In this document: piece by piece, positions 8,248 to 18,083 of the stretch
How the letters are laid out: each line of letters begins with the position of its first letter
How positions within the stretch are numbered: the stretch's first letter is position 1
Assembly (NCBI GenBank): GCA_029936875.1
Contig: JAPYRS010000004.1
Coordinates: 1-45,672, forward strand
DNA: 45,672 nt
Direction: 5' to 3'
From: Alphaproteobacteria bacterium
GTDB lineage: Bacteria > Pseudomonadota > Alphaproteobacteria > SHVP01
The notes under the pieces: model-generated
What the model was told of the DNA's origin: nothing
Databases searched by the model: none
The model's input: the letters and a program-made list of their open reading frames with translations, nothing else
Position numbers and translations under genes: made by a program

Positions 8248-10113
8248 CTATGAGATGACAATAACTGCTGGTCCCGGCTCCGTTTCATAGAGCGCGGTGA
8301 CTTCGTCCGCTCGCCGTTGCAGCGCGATCCGCTGATTGATGTAGCCCTTGTCGGTGATTTCGCCCTGATCAATGCTCGGCGGCTCAACCAGCAAAATTAT
8401 CCGTCGGATGCGCGCGGCAGATCCCGGATGGGTTTGATTGTGGCGGCCGAAAGCCTTTTGCAGATAGGCGACCACATCGGGCCGGGTCAAGAGGCCGGCG
8501 TCCGCGACATCATCGGCAACGTCAAAATGATTTCGCATCGCCTCGAAATTGGGCCAGGCCAGCACGGTGAGGAATTCTCGGTCGGGTGCAGCAATCACGG
8601 CGTCTTTCAGTAACGGCGTAGCGGCCGCCAAAACGGTGGTCCGCAAAATTCCAGTTTTGACCCAGGTACCGGTTAGCAGTTTGAAATTTTCGGCGATGCG
8701 CCCGGCAAAGGTGAGGCCCGCTTCCGGATTGCCCGGTTCGGCCCAGCGCGCCGCGTCGCCGATGCGGTAAAATCCTTCGTCGTCGAAGGCCGCCCAAGTG
8801 AGGTCAGGACGCTTGTAATAGCCGGGCGTAATGTTGGGTCCGCGCAAACGAATTTCGTAAACGTCGCCCTCCGGTATCAGCTTCATCTCCATGCCCGGCA
8901 GCGGCAAGCCGAGCAGGTCGTGGCGTTCGTTTATCCAGTGGGCGCCGGAAATCGACGGCGAGGCTTCAGTCGCGCCGTAACCACTGATAAAGAGCACGCG
9001 CTCACCGGTGGAAGCGATTGAGAGCGCCTGCATGCGTTCGTAAAGATCCGCCGGCAGCGCCGCCCCGCCGAAAATCATCAGCCGCAATTGTGCAAAAAAA
9101 TTATCGCGGAGTTCGGTATCGGCCTCCATTTCCGGGGCCAGCATGGCATAGGCGGCCGGTACGCTTGAATAGATGGTCGGTGAGATGTCCTTGAGGTTTC
9201 GCACGGTCTCCTGGAAATGCTCCGGAACAGGGCGGCCATAGTCGAGATAGAGCGAGCCGCCGCCGTTCATGACATTGTTGAATGTCGCGTTGCCGCCGTA
9301 GGTATGATGCCACGGCAGCCAATCGACCATCGTTTCATGGACGCCGTCATCAAGCGGTCGCATCAGCCGGTTCATTTTCAAATTGGAACAGAGCATGCGG
9401 TGGGTGTTGATGACCGCCTTCGGCTGGCCGGTGGAGCCAGACGTAAACAAATATTTTGCGACCGCATCGGGATCGATTGCCGCCGTCACTTTGGCAATCT
9501 CCTCGGTCGGCTGGACCGCAAGCAGCGACGCGAAATCGGAGACCGCAGTGTCTGTGGTTTCGCCGGTAACGGCGACAACCTCTATGCCGTCGAGCGAAAG
9601 TGCAGACATCGCGCGCTCAAACCGGTTCGCGTCCTGAACAAATATGATGTCGGGTTCGAGTAGCGCGGCGATATCTTTAAGAATTTCAAAGTCGGCGCTG
9701 AGCAGTGAGTAGGCCGGACTGATCGGGGCGACCGGCACACCCGCGGCCAATGCCCCCATCATGAACTGCGCAAATTCGATTGAATTACGGCTCAGCATCA
9801 TGGCCGTACTGCCAAGACCAAGTCCGCGATTGAGCAGCGCTTGGCCGATCGCATCAGCGCTTTGTTGTGCGGCACCATAGGTAAGTTTGCGCCAATCGCC
9901 GTTCATCACGTTGCCAGACTTAGGCGTTTCGCGCGCGGCAAGAAACGTGCGTTCCGGGTGTAGTGCGGCGCGTTCGGCAAGCACCTGACAGAGTGTGTCG
10001 GGGTAGGTGCCGAGCGGTGTATCGGACAGCACTAATTCGGTGCCATCGGCGCGGCGATCCACGGTTACGGCCCGGGGACCAAATTTGATGCTGCGGAATG
10101 AGGGTTCTGTCAT
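8248..10113 (-). CDS. AMP-dependent acyl-CoA synthetase, feruloyl-CoA-synthase-like
   Basis: 621-aa ORF with the AMP-binding motif FTSGSTGQPKAV and GYGATE. Length and N-terminal architecture (F.PR.V.V.RRADG...L.S..PLG.YP) are typical of feruloyl-CoA synthases. Substrate is not provable from sequence. Confidence 0.75.
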   Translation of the reverse strand: MTEPSFRSIKFGPRAVTVDRRADGTELVLSDTPLGTYPDTLCQVLAERAALHPERTFLAARETPKSGNVMNGDWRKLTYGAAQQSADAIGQALLNRGLGLGSTAMMLSRNSIEFAQFMMGALAAGVPVAPISPAYSLLSADFEILKDIAALLEPDIIFVQDANRFERAMSALSLDGIEVVAVTGETTDTAVSDFASLLAVQPTEEIAKVTAAIDPDAVAKYLFTSGSTGQPKAVINTHRMLCSNLKMNRLMRPLDDGVHETMVDWLPWHHTYGGNATFNNVMNGGGSLYLDYGRPVPEHFQETVRNLKDISPTIYSSVPAAYAMLAPEMEADTELRDNFFAQLRLMIFGGAALPADLYERMQALSIASTGERVLFISGYGATEASPSISGAHWINERHDLLGLPLPGMEMKLIPEGDVYEIRLRGPNITPGYYKRPDLTWAAFDDEGFYRIGDAARWAEPGNPEAGLTFAGRIAENFKLLTGTWVKTGILRTTVLAAATPLLKDAVIAAPDREFLTVLAWPNFEAMRNHFDVADDVADAGLLTRPDVVAYLQKAFGRHNQTHPGSAARIRRIILLVEPPSIDQGEITDKGYINQRIALQRRADEVTALYETEPGPAVIVIS

Positions 10114-10368
10114 GGGGTGGTGTGGTAACGGTTAATTGAGCGGCCCGACTCTACGGGCCTTGCGACAGATCGATCAAGGCGGCGGGGCGGAAGACACCGA
10201 TTAGCCCGTCCCTTCACTTGCGCTCTGCGGTATCGAATCAGCGATTCTAAATAAGCGTCGAAAAAGGAGCCGGTTCGAGTGCAAATTCGGACTAGTCCAG
10301 AGATCTGCCGATTCATGGTAGCTGGTCGATAAAATCCAACCTCTGGCAACCGCTACGGGTAAATTTAT

Positions 10369-10400
10369 TTGAAAATTTCAATTTATTAACAATCTGTTAA
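10369..10400. promoter_or_regulatory. Two adjacent perfect palindromes, TTGAAAATTTCAA and TTAACAATCTGTTAA (candidate operator sites)
   Basis: Read directly at 10369-10381 and 10386-10400, in the AT-rich core of the 446-nt divergent intergenic region between the CoA ligase (-) and the PAS kinase (+). Confidence 0.3.
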
Positions 10401-10559
10401 CCAATGTAAATCAAATTGCCAAAAGGCGCGGAAAACTGGCTTGTGATCATCGGTTGTGACCTACGTTACGGGGCGTAAAGGCGCCCTGATCCAACTAGTC
10501 AACGTGGGTTAGGGGCCCGAAATTTTCTCGGCCGGCCACATCTACGGTTCCAATCCTGG

Positions 10560-12865
10560 TTGAAGTCAAAATATCGGTTTACGAAGCGAATGGTTGAGAA
10601 AAAGAAAGGCAGTGGGACGCCCGATCCCATGACGAGTGAGGGTGCGAATGGCATCGGCAGTCGCCTCGAAATCATCTCCGCTTTCATGGACGCGACGACC
10701 GAGCGCTTTGTCATACTCGACGCCCAACTGAACTTCCTCGACGTCAATCAAGCGGTCGTCAATGCAACAGGGCTGAAAAAAGAAGAGCTGATCGGTCGGA
10801 CGTTGGCCGTCGCCATGCCAGAAGCCGAGAAGGTCGGTCGCGTCGAAAAGTACCTAGCTGTACTGCAAACCGGAAAGACCTACGAATTTGCAAGTTCTTA
10901 CCTTAGTCAACGGTTCGACCGCCGTGTTTACGTCGAGTCAACGGTTTTTCGCGTCAGCGATAACATGCTTGGCCTCATCATACATGACGTCAGTAAGTGC
11001 GTAGAGGCGGAGTTAGCGCGGACGGAAAGTGAAGGGCGATACCGTCACATCGTCGAAACGATTTCGGATCGCCTGTGGGAAACCGATTCAGAGCTTCGGA
11101 TCACGCGGATGGACGGCGGCGGCGAAGATCAGTCAAAGATTTTTGTGGGAAAGATGATTACCGATCTGGAAATTGTCGGTATCGAATCTGAGGACTGGCG
11201 GGAACATTTGGCACGACTGGCGAAGCGGGAAAGCTTTCGCGATATGCGGCAAACGATAGTCTCGCCTGACGGGCAGACGACCCACACGCGTGTCTCGGGT
11301 TCGCCTTTTTACGACGAGGATGGCGAGTTTGCGGGCTATCGCGGTGTGACGGTTTACGAGACAGCGAAAGTTGCAGCGATGCTTCGTGCGCAAGAAGCAG
11401 AGCGTGCGCTCGAAGAGGCGATTGCGACAATTTCAGACGGATTGATCATCTACGACAAAGACGAAAACTTTGTTCGTTGCAACGCCGCATATCGAAAAAT
11501 GTTTCCTGAACTTGAAGAATTCTTGATCCCTGGCGTATCCCGCAGTGGATTGCGGGATAGATTTGAGACGATCGTAGGGGTTCACACCGACGCGAGCCTG
11601 CAAGCAGATCGAACCGAAGGAAGCCCGCCACGGGCCTCCTTTTTTGAGGAGTATCGTGAGGTCGAGCGTACGAACGGCGAATGGGTACGGGCGATAGACC
11701 ATCGCCTTTCGGACGGTGGTGTCGTCGGCATTCGCACCGACATTACGGAGTTCAAACGTCGAGAAGAAGAAATCCGGAGTAGCCAAGAGACCTTGTCAGC
11801 ATTCATGGAATCAGCGACTGGGACGATCGCAATTCTTGACCAAGACCTGAATTACCTTGGCGTAAACGAACTCGCCGCCAGGAACATGGGTATGGCGACG
11901 AGCGAGATAATTGGTTGCAACATCCTCGAAATCAGCCGCCTTACGAATTCAGGTGATCGCTCCAAAGAGTATCTTGAGGTCCTGCGAACAGGGCAGCCCT
12001 ATTCCTTTGAAACGAGTGGCGTGCGGGTTTCGACAGGCGAACCGCTGCATATTTCTGGCACCGGTTTTCGCATTGGTGAAGACCGGTTGGGCATTTTCAG
12101 GATATTACGGATCGCGTGGCCAGCGAAAATGAGCTGGTTGGCGCCAAAGAAGCCGCTGATTTTGCAAGTCGCACCAAGTCAGAGTTTCTCGCAAATGTCA
12201 GCCACGAACTCCGGACGCCGCTAAACGCAATTATCGGTTTCTCGCAAATGCTGGAGAAAGAGATTCCCGGGGCGCTAAACGACAATCAGCGTGAATACAT
12301 CAACGACATCAATCGATCGGGCGACTATTTGCTCGCCGTGATGTCGGACATTATTGATTTGTCGGCAATTGAACTTGGCCAGTTGGAACTCACGCTTTCG
12401 GATGTTTCGCTGCGTCACTGTATTGCTGCTTGCCACCGGCTGGTGTTGCAACGGGCGCGGGACAGGGAAGTCTCGATCGAGATAGCTGATATGGAATCGA
12501 TCCCTTCGATCATTGCCGATGAGCGCAGAATCAAACAGGTCATCCTCATTATTTTGACCAACGCGATAAAATTTTAGAATGCCGGCGGGCAGATCGCGAT
12601 TACCGCGGTGGCCGGTCAAAAAGGCGAATTGTGCTTGGTTATCGCCGACAACGGGATTGGCATGGACGCGGCGACCAAAGACAATGCGCTCAAAATATTT
12701 GGCCGTGGCGATCAACCGATGACTAGAAAAATCGAAGGTGTTGGCCTTGGACTGCACCTGTCCAACGCCATTGTTGAGGCTCATGGCGGCACGCTGACTA
12801 TCGAAAGCACGCTCGGAATGGGAACGTCCGTTGAAATTTGCCTGCCAAGCACTGCCGCGCCATAA
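10560..12865 (+). pseudogene. Multi-PAS sensor histidine kinase, disrupted by one frameshift and one in-frame TAG
   Basis: It is split into three ORFs. 10560-12224 holds the PAS repeats. 12116-12577 holds HisKA with H-box SHELRTPLNAI. 12608-12865 holds HATPase_c with DNGIGMD and GVGLGLHL. The junction GIF(R)DITDRVASENEL needs one extra base at about 12099-12101. ORFs 2 and 3 are in the same frame, separated by a TAG at 12575-12577 (NAIKF*NAGGQIAI). Confidence 0.85.
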
Positions 12866-13040
12866 CCGGCGGCGGTTTCGCATCTGACAATTCGTACGGC
12901 GCAATTTCACCTGCCACTGGTCTGGACGTTCCGTTCCATTCGTAGCAACATCATTTTGTGAATCCCCCGCCTGCACGATGCGGGACCTCCTGAATTAATT
13001 TCGCCGTACCAAACTAGATCTTGCAGAAGGCCCGCGCCTC

Positions 13041-14294
13041 ATGAACCTTCTTGATTTCATCCCGATTGCATTCGTCATGATCGCCGTGTTTGGCGTGCTC
13101 AATTATCACGTGCTGAAAATACCCGGCACGGTCGGCATGTTGATCATCGCCCTTGCGGCCTCGGCGCTGGTTACAGTTGTTGATCGGGTACTGCCGGGGT
13201 TAAGTCTTGGTGTCGCCGTTCGGGGCGCAATTGCCGGCATCGATTTTCACAAGACGCTGATGGAAGGGATGCTTAGCTTCCTGTTGTTCGCCGGCGCGCT
13301 TCACGTCGATCTCGGGGCGTTGATGAAACGGAAAGCAGCGATTGCCCTGATGGCGTCGGTCGGCGTGGTCATGTCGACGGTGATTATCGGCTACGGGTTT
13401 CATCTGGTATCGGGTGTCGCGATCATGACCGCGTTTGTGTTTGGCGCGTTGATCTCGCCGACTGATCCGGTTGCGGTGATGGGCGTTTTGAAAACCGTCA
13501 AAGTGCCGAAATCGCTGGAGACCAAGATCGCCGGCGAAAGTCTTTTCAACGATGGCATCGGCATCGTCATCTTTAGCGTGCTTGTCGGCATTGCCTTTCC
13601 GGCGGCGGGCCACGCCATCAAAGTAAACGCGGGGGCGATTATCCTGTTCTTGTTGCAGGAAGCCTTGGGCGGCGCGGTGCTCGGCGGTATCGCTGGGTAT
13701 ATTGCCTATTTGGTTCTAAAATCGATCGACGAATATGTTCTCGAAATCATCATCACACTTGCGCTGGTGACGGGGACCTATGCACTGGCAACGCAACTTC
13801 ATATGTCGGGGCCGATCGCCGTTGTTGTCGCCGGGCTGTTCATCGGTAATCGCGGCGTCAAATACGCGATGAGCGAAAAGACGCGCGAACATCTGCTCAA
13901 CTTTTGGCATTTGATCGACGAAATTCTCAACGCGCTGCTGTTTACGCTGATTGGGTTTGAGACACTGGCGCTTGATTTTCAGGCGAACTATTTGATCGCC
14001 GGTTTGGTCGCGATACCGATCATGGTTGGTGCGCGGTTGCTGTCGGTCACGGTACCGATCCGAATCCTGTCGCTGCGTCAGGAATTCACCAAAGGCGCCA
14101 TACCGGTGATGACCTGGGGTGGGCTTCGCGGCGGCATATCAGTTGCGCTTGCGCTCTCGTTGCCGCACGGGCCAGAACGGGATTTGATCCTGACGGCGAC
14201 AACAATCATCGTCATCTTCTCGATTGTCGTGCAGGGGCTGACGGTCGGTTGGGTGATCCGGAAGACGGTCGGCGAACCGAAAACGCCCGAATAG
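13041..14294 (+). CDS. Na+/H+ (cation:proton) antiporter, CPA1/NhaP type
   Basis: 417-aa polytopic membrane protein with CPA1-like motifs ...GALISPTDPVAV... and ESLFNDG. Confidence 0.9.
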   Translation: MNLLDFIPIAFVMIAVFGVLNYHVLKIPGTVGMLIIALAASALVTVVDRVLPGLSLGVAVRGAIAGIDFHKTLMEGMLSFLLFAGALHVDLGALMKRKAAIALMASVGVVMSTVIIGYGFHLVSGVAIMTAFVFGALISPTDPVAVMGVLKTVKVPKSLETKIAGESLFNDGIGIVIFSVLVGIAFPAAGHAIKVNAGAIILFLLQEALGGAVLGGIAGYIAYLVLKSIDEYVLEIIITLALVTGTYALATQLHMSGPIAVVVAGLFIGNRGVKYAMSEKTREHLLNFWHLIDEILNALLFTLIGFETLALDFQANYLIAGLVAIPIMVGARLLSVTVPIRILSLRQEFTKGAIPVMTWGGLRGGISVALALSLPHGPERDLILTATTIIVIFSIVVQGLTVGWVIRKTVGEPKTPE

Positions 14295-14300
14295 GCAATC

Positions 14301-15002
14301 TTACCAGGCGATACTGTCGCCGTTATAGCGGCGGTACGTTCCTGATCGTTCCATATTCATCTCGGCAAAGCGCTGGCGAAGGCCGGTGATGCTATCGACA
14401 ATTTCGACATTGGCCTCAGGTGCGCCCATATCGGTTTTGACATGGCCCGGACAAAACACGCCAACGGTAATGCCGTGTTGTGCCATGTCTTTCGCCATGG
14501 TCGTCATCACCATGTTGAGCGCGGCCTTGCTTGAGGCGTAACTATAGGCATCGCCTGCGGTCTCGGTGTTGGAGCCGATGGAGCTGGAAATCGCCGCCAT
14601 CTTTTTCTGATCGCTGCGGGCGACCTGGGTAACGAACGATTCACACATCTTCATCGGCGCCATCAGGTTGATCTTGAGAACATCTGCCCAGGCTTCGAAA
14701 TCCATGTCGCCGAAATGCTGACCGGGGCCATCACGCGGCCCAATGATGCCAGCGTTATTGAGCAAGAGATCGATCGACGCGTGGCTGTGACGTTTGGCGA
14801 GGGCGTCAATCGCCGCATGATCGCGCACGTCGAGCGCCTCGATGATGACCCGGCCCTCGGCAGCTTCGGCGATGGCGTTTAGTTCGGTCGCCGTATCGGG
14901 ATTTCGGCAGCACGCAATGATGTTCCAACCGTCATCCGCGTACTGGCGAACGGTTTCGAGACCCAATCCGCGATTGGCGCCGGTAATAAGAAGTGTTGGC
15001 AA
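14301..15002 (-). CDS. SDR family oxidoreductase
   Basis: Has the cofactor motif TGANRGLG, NNAG and the catalytic YASSKAAL (YxxxK). Confidence 0.9.
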   Translation of the reverse strand: MPTLLITGANRGLGLETVRQYADDGWNIIACCRNPDTATELNAIAEAAEGRVIIEALDVRDHAAIDALAKRHSHASIDLLLNNAGIIGPRDGPGQHFGDMDFEAWADVLKINLMAPMKMCESFVTQVARSDQKKMAAISSSIGSNTETAGDAYSYASSKAALNMVMTTMAKDMAQHGITVGVFCPGHVKTDMGAPEANVEIVDSITGLRQRFAEMNMERSGTYRRYNGDSIAW

Positions 15003-15049
15003 TTTTGTCTCCTCAGGATCAATTCTTATCTGCGCATTATGTTGGTGCG

Positions 15050-16072
15050 CTACCCGCGCAACTCATTCCGTAGTTTCCTAGCGCCGGCCCCAAGCGCGCG
15101 TAACTTGGCCGCCGCAACGCTGCGCGGCAGTGGCGCCATGCCGCAATTGGTGCAGGCGTGAAGGCGCTCCGGCTCGACGTATTTCATCGCCTCCCGCAAC
15201 GTCGACATCACCTTCTCCGGTGCCTCGACGGTGTTGGTGGCGACATCGATGGCGCCGACAAGTACGTCTTTGTCTTTAAGCAGCCCAATCAGTTCCATTG
15301 GCACGTGGCTATCCGCGCATTCCAATGACACCTGATCGATACGGCTCGCGTTAAGCGCCGGGAAAATGCTTTCGTATTGCCGCCATTCCGCGCCGAGGGT
15401 CTTTTTCCACTCGATATTGGCGTCAATGCCGTAGCCGTAACAAATGTGGACCGCAGTTTTGCACTTAAGACCGTCAATAGCGACATGCAGTGCATCGATG
15501 CCCCATTCGTTGACGTCGTCCATAAAGACGTTGAAGGCCGGTTCATCAAACTGAATGACGTCGACGCCGGCGGCTTCGAGATCGCGCGCCTCTTCGTTGA
15601 GAAGCCCGGCAAAGGCCATTGCCATGTCGGCGCGGCGGCCGTAGTGGCCGTCGGCAATCGTGTCGCAGATCGTCATCGGCCCGGGCAGCGTGAACTTCAA
15701 CTGATTGCCCGTGTGGGCGCGGGCGAACCGTGCGTCAGCCCCGTGCACCGATTTGCGGCGCGTGACCGCCTTGGTAACGGTCGGCACATCGACGGTGTAG
15801 CGATTGTCGCGAATGCCCATCGGTGTTTTGAGGTCCCAGTCGATGCCGTCGATATGTTCAAGAAACCCGTGCACGAAGTGGGTGCGGAACTGTTCGCCTT
15901 CACTGACGATGTCAATGCCGGCGTCTTCCTGTTCTTTCAGCCAGAGCAAGGCGGCGTCTTCTTTGGCGGCCTGAAGTTCGTCGCCCTCAAAGCGCCACGG
16001 CGCCCAAAGTTTTTCGGGCTCGGCCAGCCATGACGGCTTGGGCAGACTGCCCGCGATTGTTGTTTTCAGCAT
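15050..16072 (-). CDS. Cobalamin-independent methionine synthase family protein (MetE C-terminal-domain-like, about 340 aa)
   Basis: MLKTTIAGSLPKPSWL... N-terminus, Zn-ligand regions HICYG and CTNCGM. Start chosen at ATG 16072 (GGGGGAG upstream) rather than the ORF maximum at 16120. Confidence 0.8.
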   Translation of the reverse strand: MLKTTIAGSLPKPSWLAEPEKLWAPWRFEGDELQAAKEDAALLWLKEQEDAGIDIVSEGEQFRTHFVHGFLEHIDGIDWDLKTPMGIRDNRYTVDVPTVTKAVTRRKSVHGADARFARAHTGNQLKFTLPGPMTICDTIADGHYGRRADMAMAFAGLLNEEARDLEAAGVDVIQFDEPAFNVFMDDVNEWGIDALHVAIDGLKCKTAVHICYGYGIDANIEWKKTLGAEWRQYESIFPALNASRIDQVSLECADSHVPMELIGLLKDKDVLVGAIDVATNTVEAPEKVMSTLREAMKYVEPERLHACTNCGMAPLPRSVAAAKLRALGAGARKLRNELRG

Positions 16073-16251
16073 GGTCTCCCCCGTCATTCTCGAGCTGGCA
16101 CCCTCACCAACGCGGACCAAGTGTAGAACATCAGTGGTTTGACCAAAACCGCCGCCGCCTCAAATCATGGGCGTCGTACGTCACCGGGCATAAACCCTGC
16201 GCACGTGGCGGCCTGATAGGTCGTGCTGCGAGAGGCGGCCAGGATCTAAGC

Positions 16252-16997
16252 ATGTTTGACCGGGCTCTTGAGGTCGCCGTTCAGCGTGATCGCACCGTTA
16301 TTATCGTCAGTCTTTTGGCGATGGTTGTTTTGTCGTGGGCGTATCTGATTTCGGGTGCCTCCAGCCTGGCCGTCGAGGCATCAATCTCCAGCGCGTATTT
16401 CGCCACTTTCCTGATGTGGGCAATCAGATGGTCGGGATGCTGCTGCCAAGCGCGGCGCCGGCGATTCTTCTATACGGCGGCCTGTCCCGCGCCAACCGCG
16501 ACAAAGGCCAACCGACGGCCTCAATTTTTCTGTTCGTTGCCGGATACCTGTTTGCCTGGACGTTGTTCAGCGTCGTCGTCGCGGGATTTCAGATCGCACT
16601 CGGGCAACTTTTCCTGATGTCACCGATGATGGTCGCAACCAGTACATATCTCAGTGGTGGTTTGCTGCTGGTGGCGGGAATTTACCAATGGTCACCGATC
16701 AAGGACGCGTGCCTCACCACTTGCCGCTCGCCGTTGCAATATTTCGGTGCGAACTAGCGGACCGGCAATGTCGGCGCAGCGCGCATGGGCGTCGAACACG
16801 GCATCATCTGCGTTGGCTGCTGCTGGGCACTAATGTTGCTGCTGTTTGTCGGTGGTGTCATGAACCTGCTGTTAGTGGCAGTGGTCGCCGGTTTCATATT
16901 GGTCGAAAAACTGCTGCCGCGCGGCCGCCTGACCTCGCGCTTTTCCGGTGCCGCGCTGATCATCGCCGGCGCCGTGACGGTGCTCGGTGGGATCTAA
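16252..16997 (+). pseudogene. DUF2182 predicted metal-binding membrane protein, disrupted by one frameshift and one in-frame TAG
   Basis: Three pieces together recreate the DUF2182 pattern: MFDRALEV...FLMW / MVGMLLPSAAPAILLY...YQWSPIKDACLTTCRSPLQYFGAN* / RTGNVGAARMGVEHGIICVGCCWALMLLLFVGGVMNL. The frame change is at the G-run 16418-16420. The TAG at 16755-16757 sits where the family has the Trp of the WR.G motif. Confidence 0.8.
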
Positions 16998-17005
16998 TCG
17001 ACGTC

Positions 17006-17584
17006 GTGTTCACTGATCATCCGAAAATCTATCTCGAGACGGAACGCCTGGTGCTGCGGGGCTGGGCTGCTGACGATCTGGAGCCCTTTGCCGCCCTGAA
17101 TGCCGATCCCCGGGTAATGGAACATTTTCCCCAGACTCTCAGTCGCGCCCAATCCGATGAATACGCTGGGCATTTTCAACACGCAATTGGTGCAAATGGT
17201 TTTGGATATTTTGCCCTGGCCATGAAATTCGATCACCGATTCATTGGGTATGTCGGCATCTCGAAAGTAATCTTTGACGCTGAATTTACGCCGGCCATAG
17301 AAATCGCATGGCGGCTCGGGTTTGAATTCTGGGGCAAGGGGCTTGCGACCGAAGCGGCCAAGGCTAGCCTGGCGTTCGGTTTTTCTGTACTCGAACTCGA
17401 GGAAATTCTGTCCTTTACGACACCAGAGAATGCGTGTTCGATAGCGGTTATGAATCGCCTCGGCCTTACGAGAGACGTGGACGGTGACTTTGAACATCCT
17501 CGTGTGCCGGTTGGGCATCGGCTTCGGCGGCATGTTCTCTACCGCTTGCAAAATCCGCGCGGAACCTCACACGGTTTTGAATAA
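17006..17584 (+). CDS. GNAT family N-acetyltransferase (RimJ/RimL-like)
   Basis: LETERLVLRGWAADDLEPFAALNADPRVMEHF... and WGKGLATEAAKA are typical of the Acetyltransf_3 family. GTG start proposed at 17006; the 5' part of the 16688 ORF overlaps the DUF2182 gene. Confidence 0.8.
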   Translation: MFTDHPKIYLETERLVLRGWAADDLEPFAALNADPRVMEHFPQTLSRAQSDEYAGHFQHAIGANGFGYFALAMKFDHRFIGYVGISKVIFDAEFTPAIEIAWRLGFEFWGKGLATEAAKASLAFGFSVLELEEILSFTTPENACSIAVMNRLGLTRDVDGDFEHPRVPVGHRLRRHVLYRLQNPRGTSHGFE

Positions 17585-17687
17585 CATTGCGGCGCAACCC
17601 CTCGACGGGCGGAGCGGCACGCCATATTTAAAGGACGAGTTGGCTTCGGAACGAAGTTGGCCAATATTTATTTTTAGGACATGTCTC

Positions 17688-18080
17688 ATGCGCGTTTTCC
17701 GTCCTCTAATTATCTCCCTTTTCGCGGTTTTGATTTTTGGCATGCAGCCCGCCGCTGCGGCCGAATGGCAGCGCTACAGCGAAGCCAAACTGGAAGCGGC
17801 CCAGGCCGAAGGCAAGATTATCTACGTCGCCGTCCATGCGTCATGGTGCATTATCTGCAAACGTCAAACACCAGTCATCGACGCGCTGCTCCGGGAAAAA
17901 CAGTTTGAAGATACGGTCGCCCTCATTGTCGATTTTGATCGGCAGCGCGGGTTTCTTCGGAAATACAATGTACCGGTGCAGGCAACCCTGATTGCCTTTC
18001 GCGGGCGGGAAGAAATATCGCGGGTTATGTATAGCGCCAATCCGCGCGACCTCCGCGCCGTCATGGAAAGTGCGCTCTAG
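17688..18080 (+). CDS. Secreted thioredoxin-family protein
   Basis: Signal peptide MRVFRPLIISLFAVLIFGMQPAAAA, then the redox motif WCIICK. Confidence 0.8.
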   Translation: MRVFRPLIISLFAVLIFGMQPAAAAEWQRYSEAKLEAAQAEGKIIYVAVHASWCIICKRQTPVIDALLREKQFEDTVALIVDFDRQRGFLRKYNVPVQATLIAFRGREEISRVMYSANPRDLRAVMESAL

Positions 18081-18083
18081 CAC

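Noticed and set aside
16073-16251. Cobalamin or SAM riboswitch in the leader of the MetE-like gene (minus strand).
   Set aside because: Only a weak ACCACTG resemblance was seen. There is no GGGAA..GGTGAAA core and no B12 box (AGNCNGGAGACCTGCC-like) by eye. An Infernal scan would be needed to call one.
6718-16757. Possibility that the three in-frame TAG codons (6718, 12575, 16755) reflect amber recoding (pyrrolysine or suppressor tRNA) rather than damage.
   Set aside because: TAG is used as the ordinary terminator of many intact genes in the same window (for example those ending at 263, 4349, 2295(-) and 8248(-)). No pyl genes or suppressor tRNA are present. A TAA lesion and several frameshifts accompany them.
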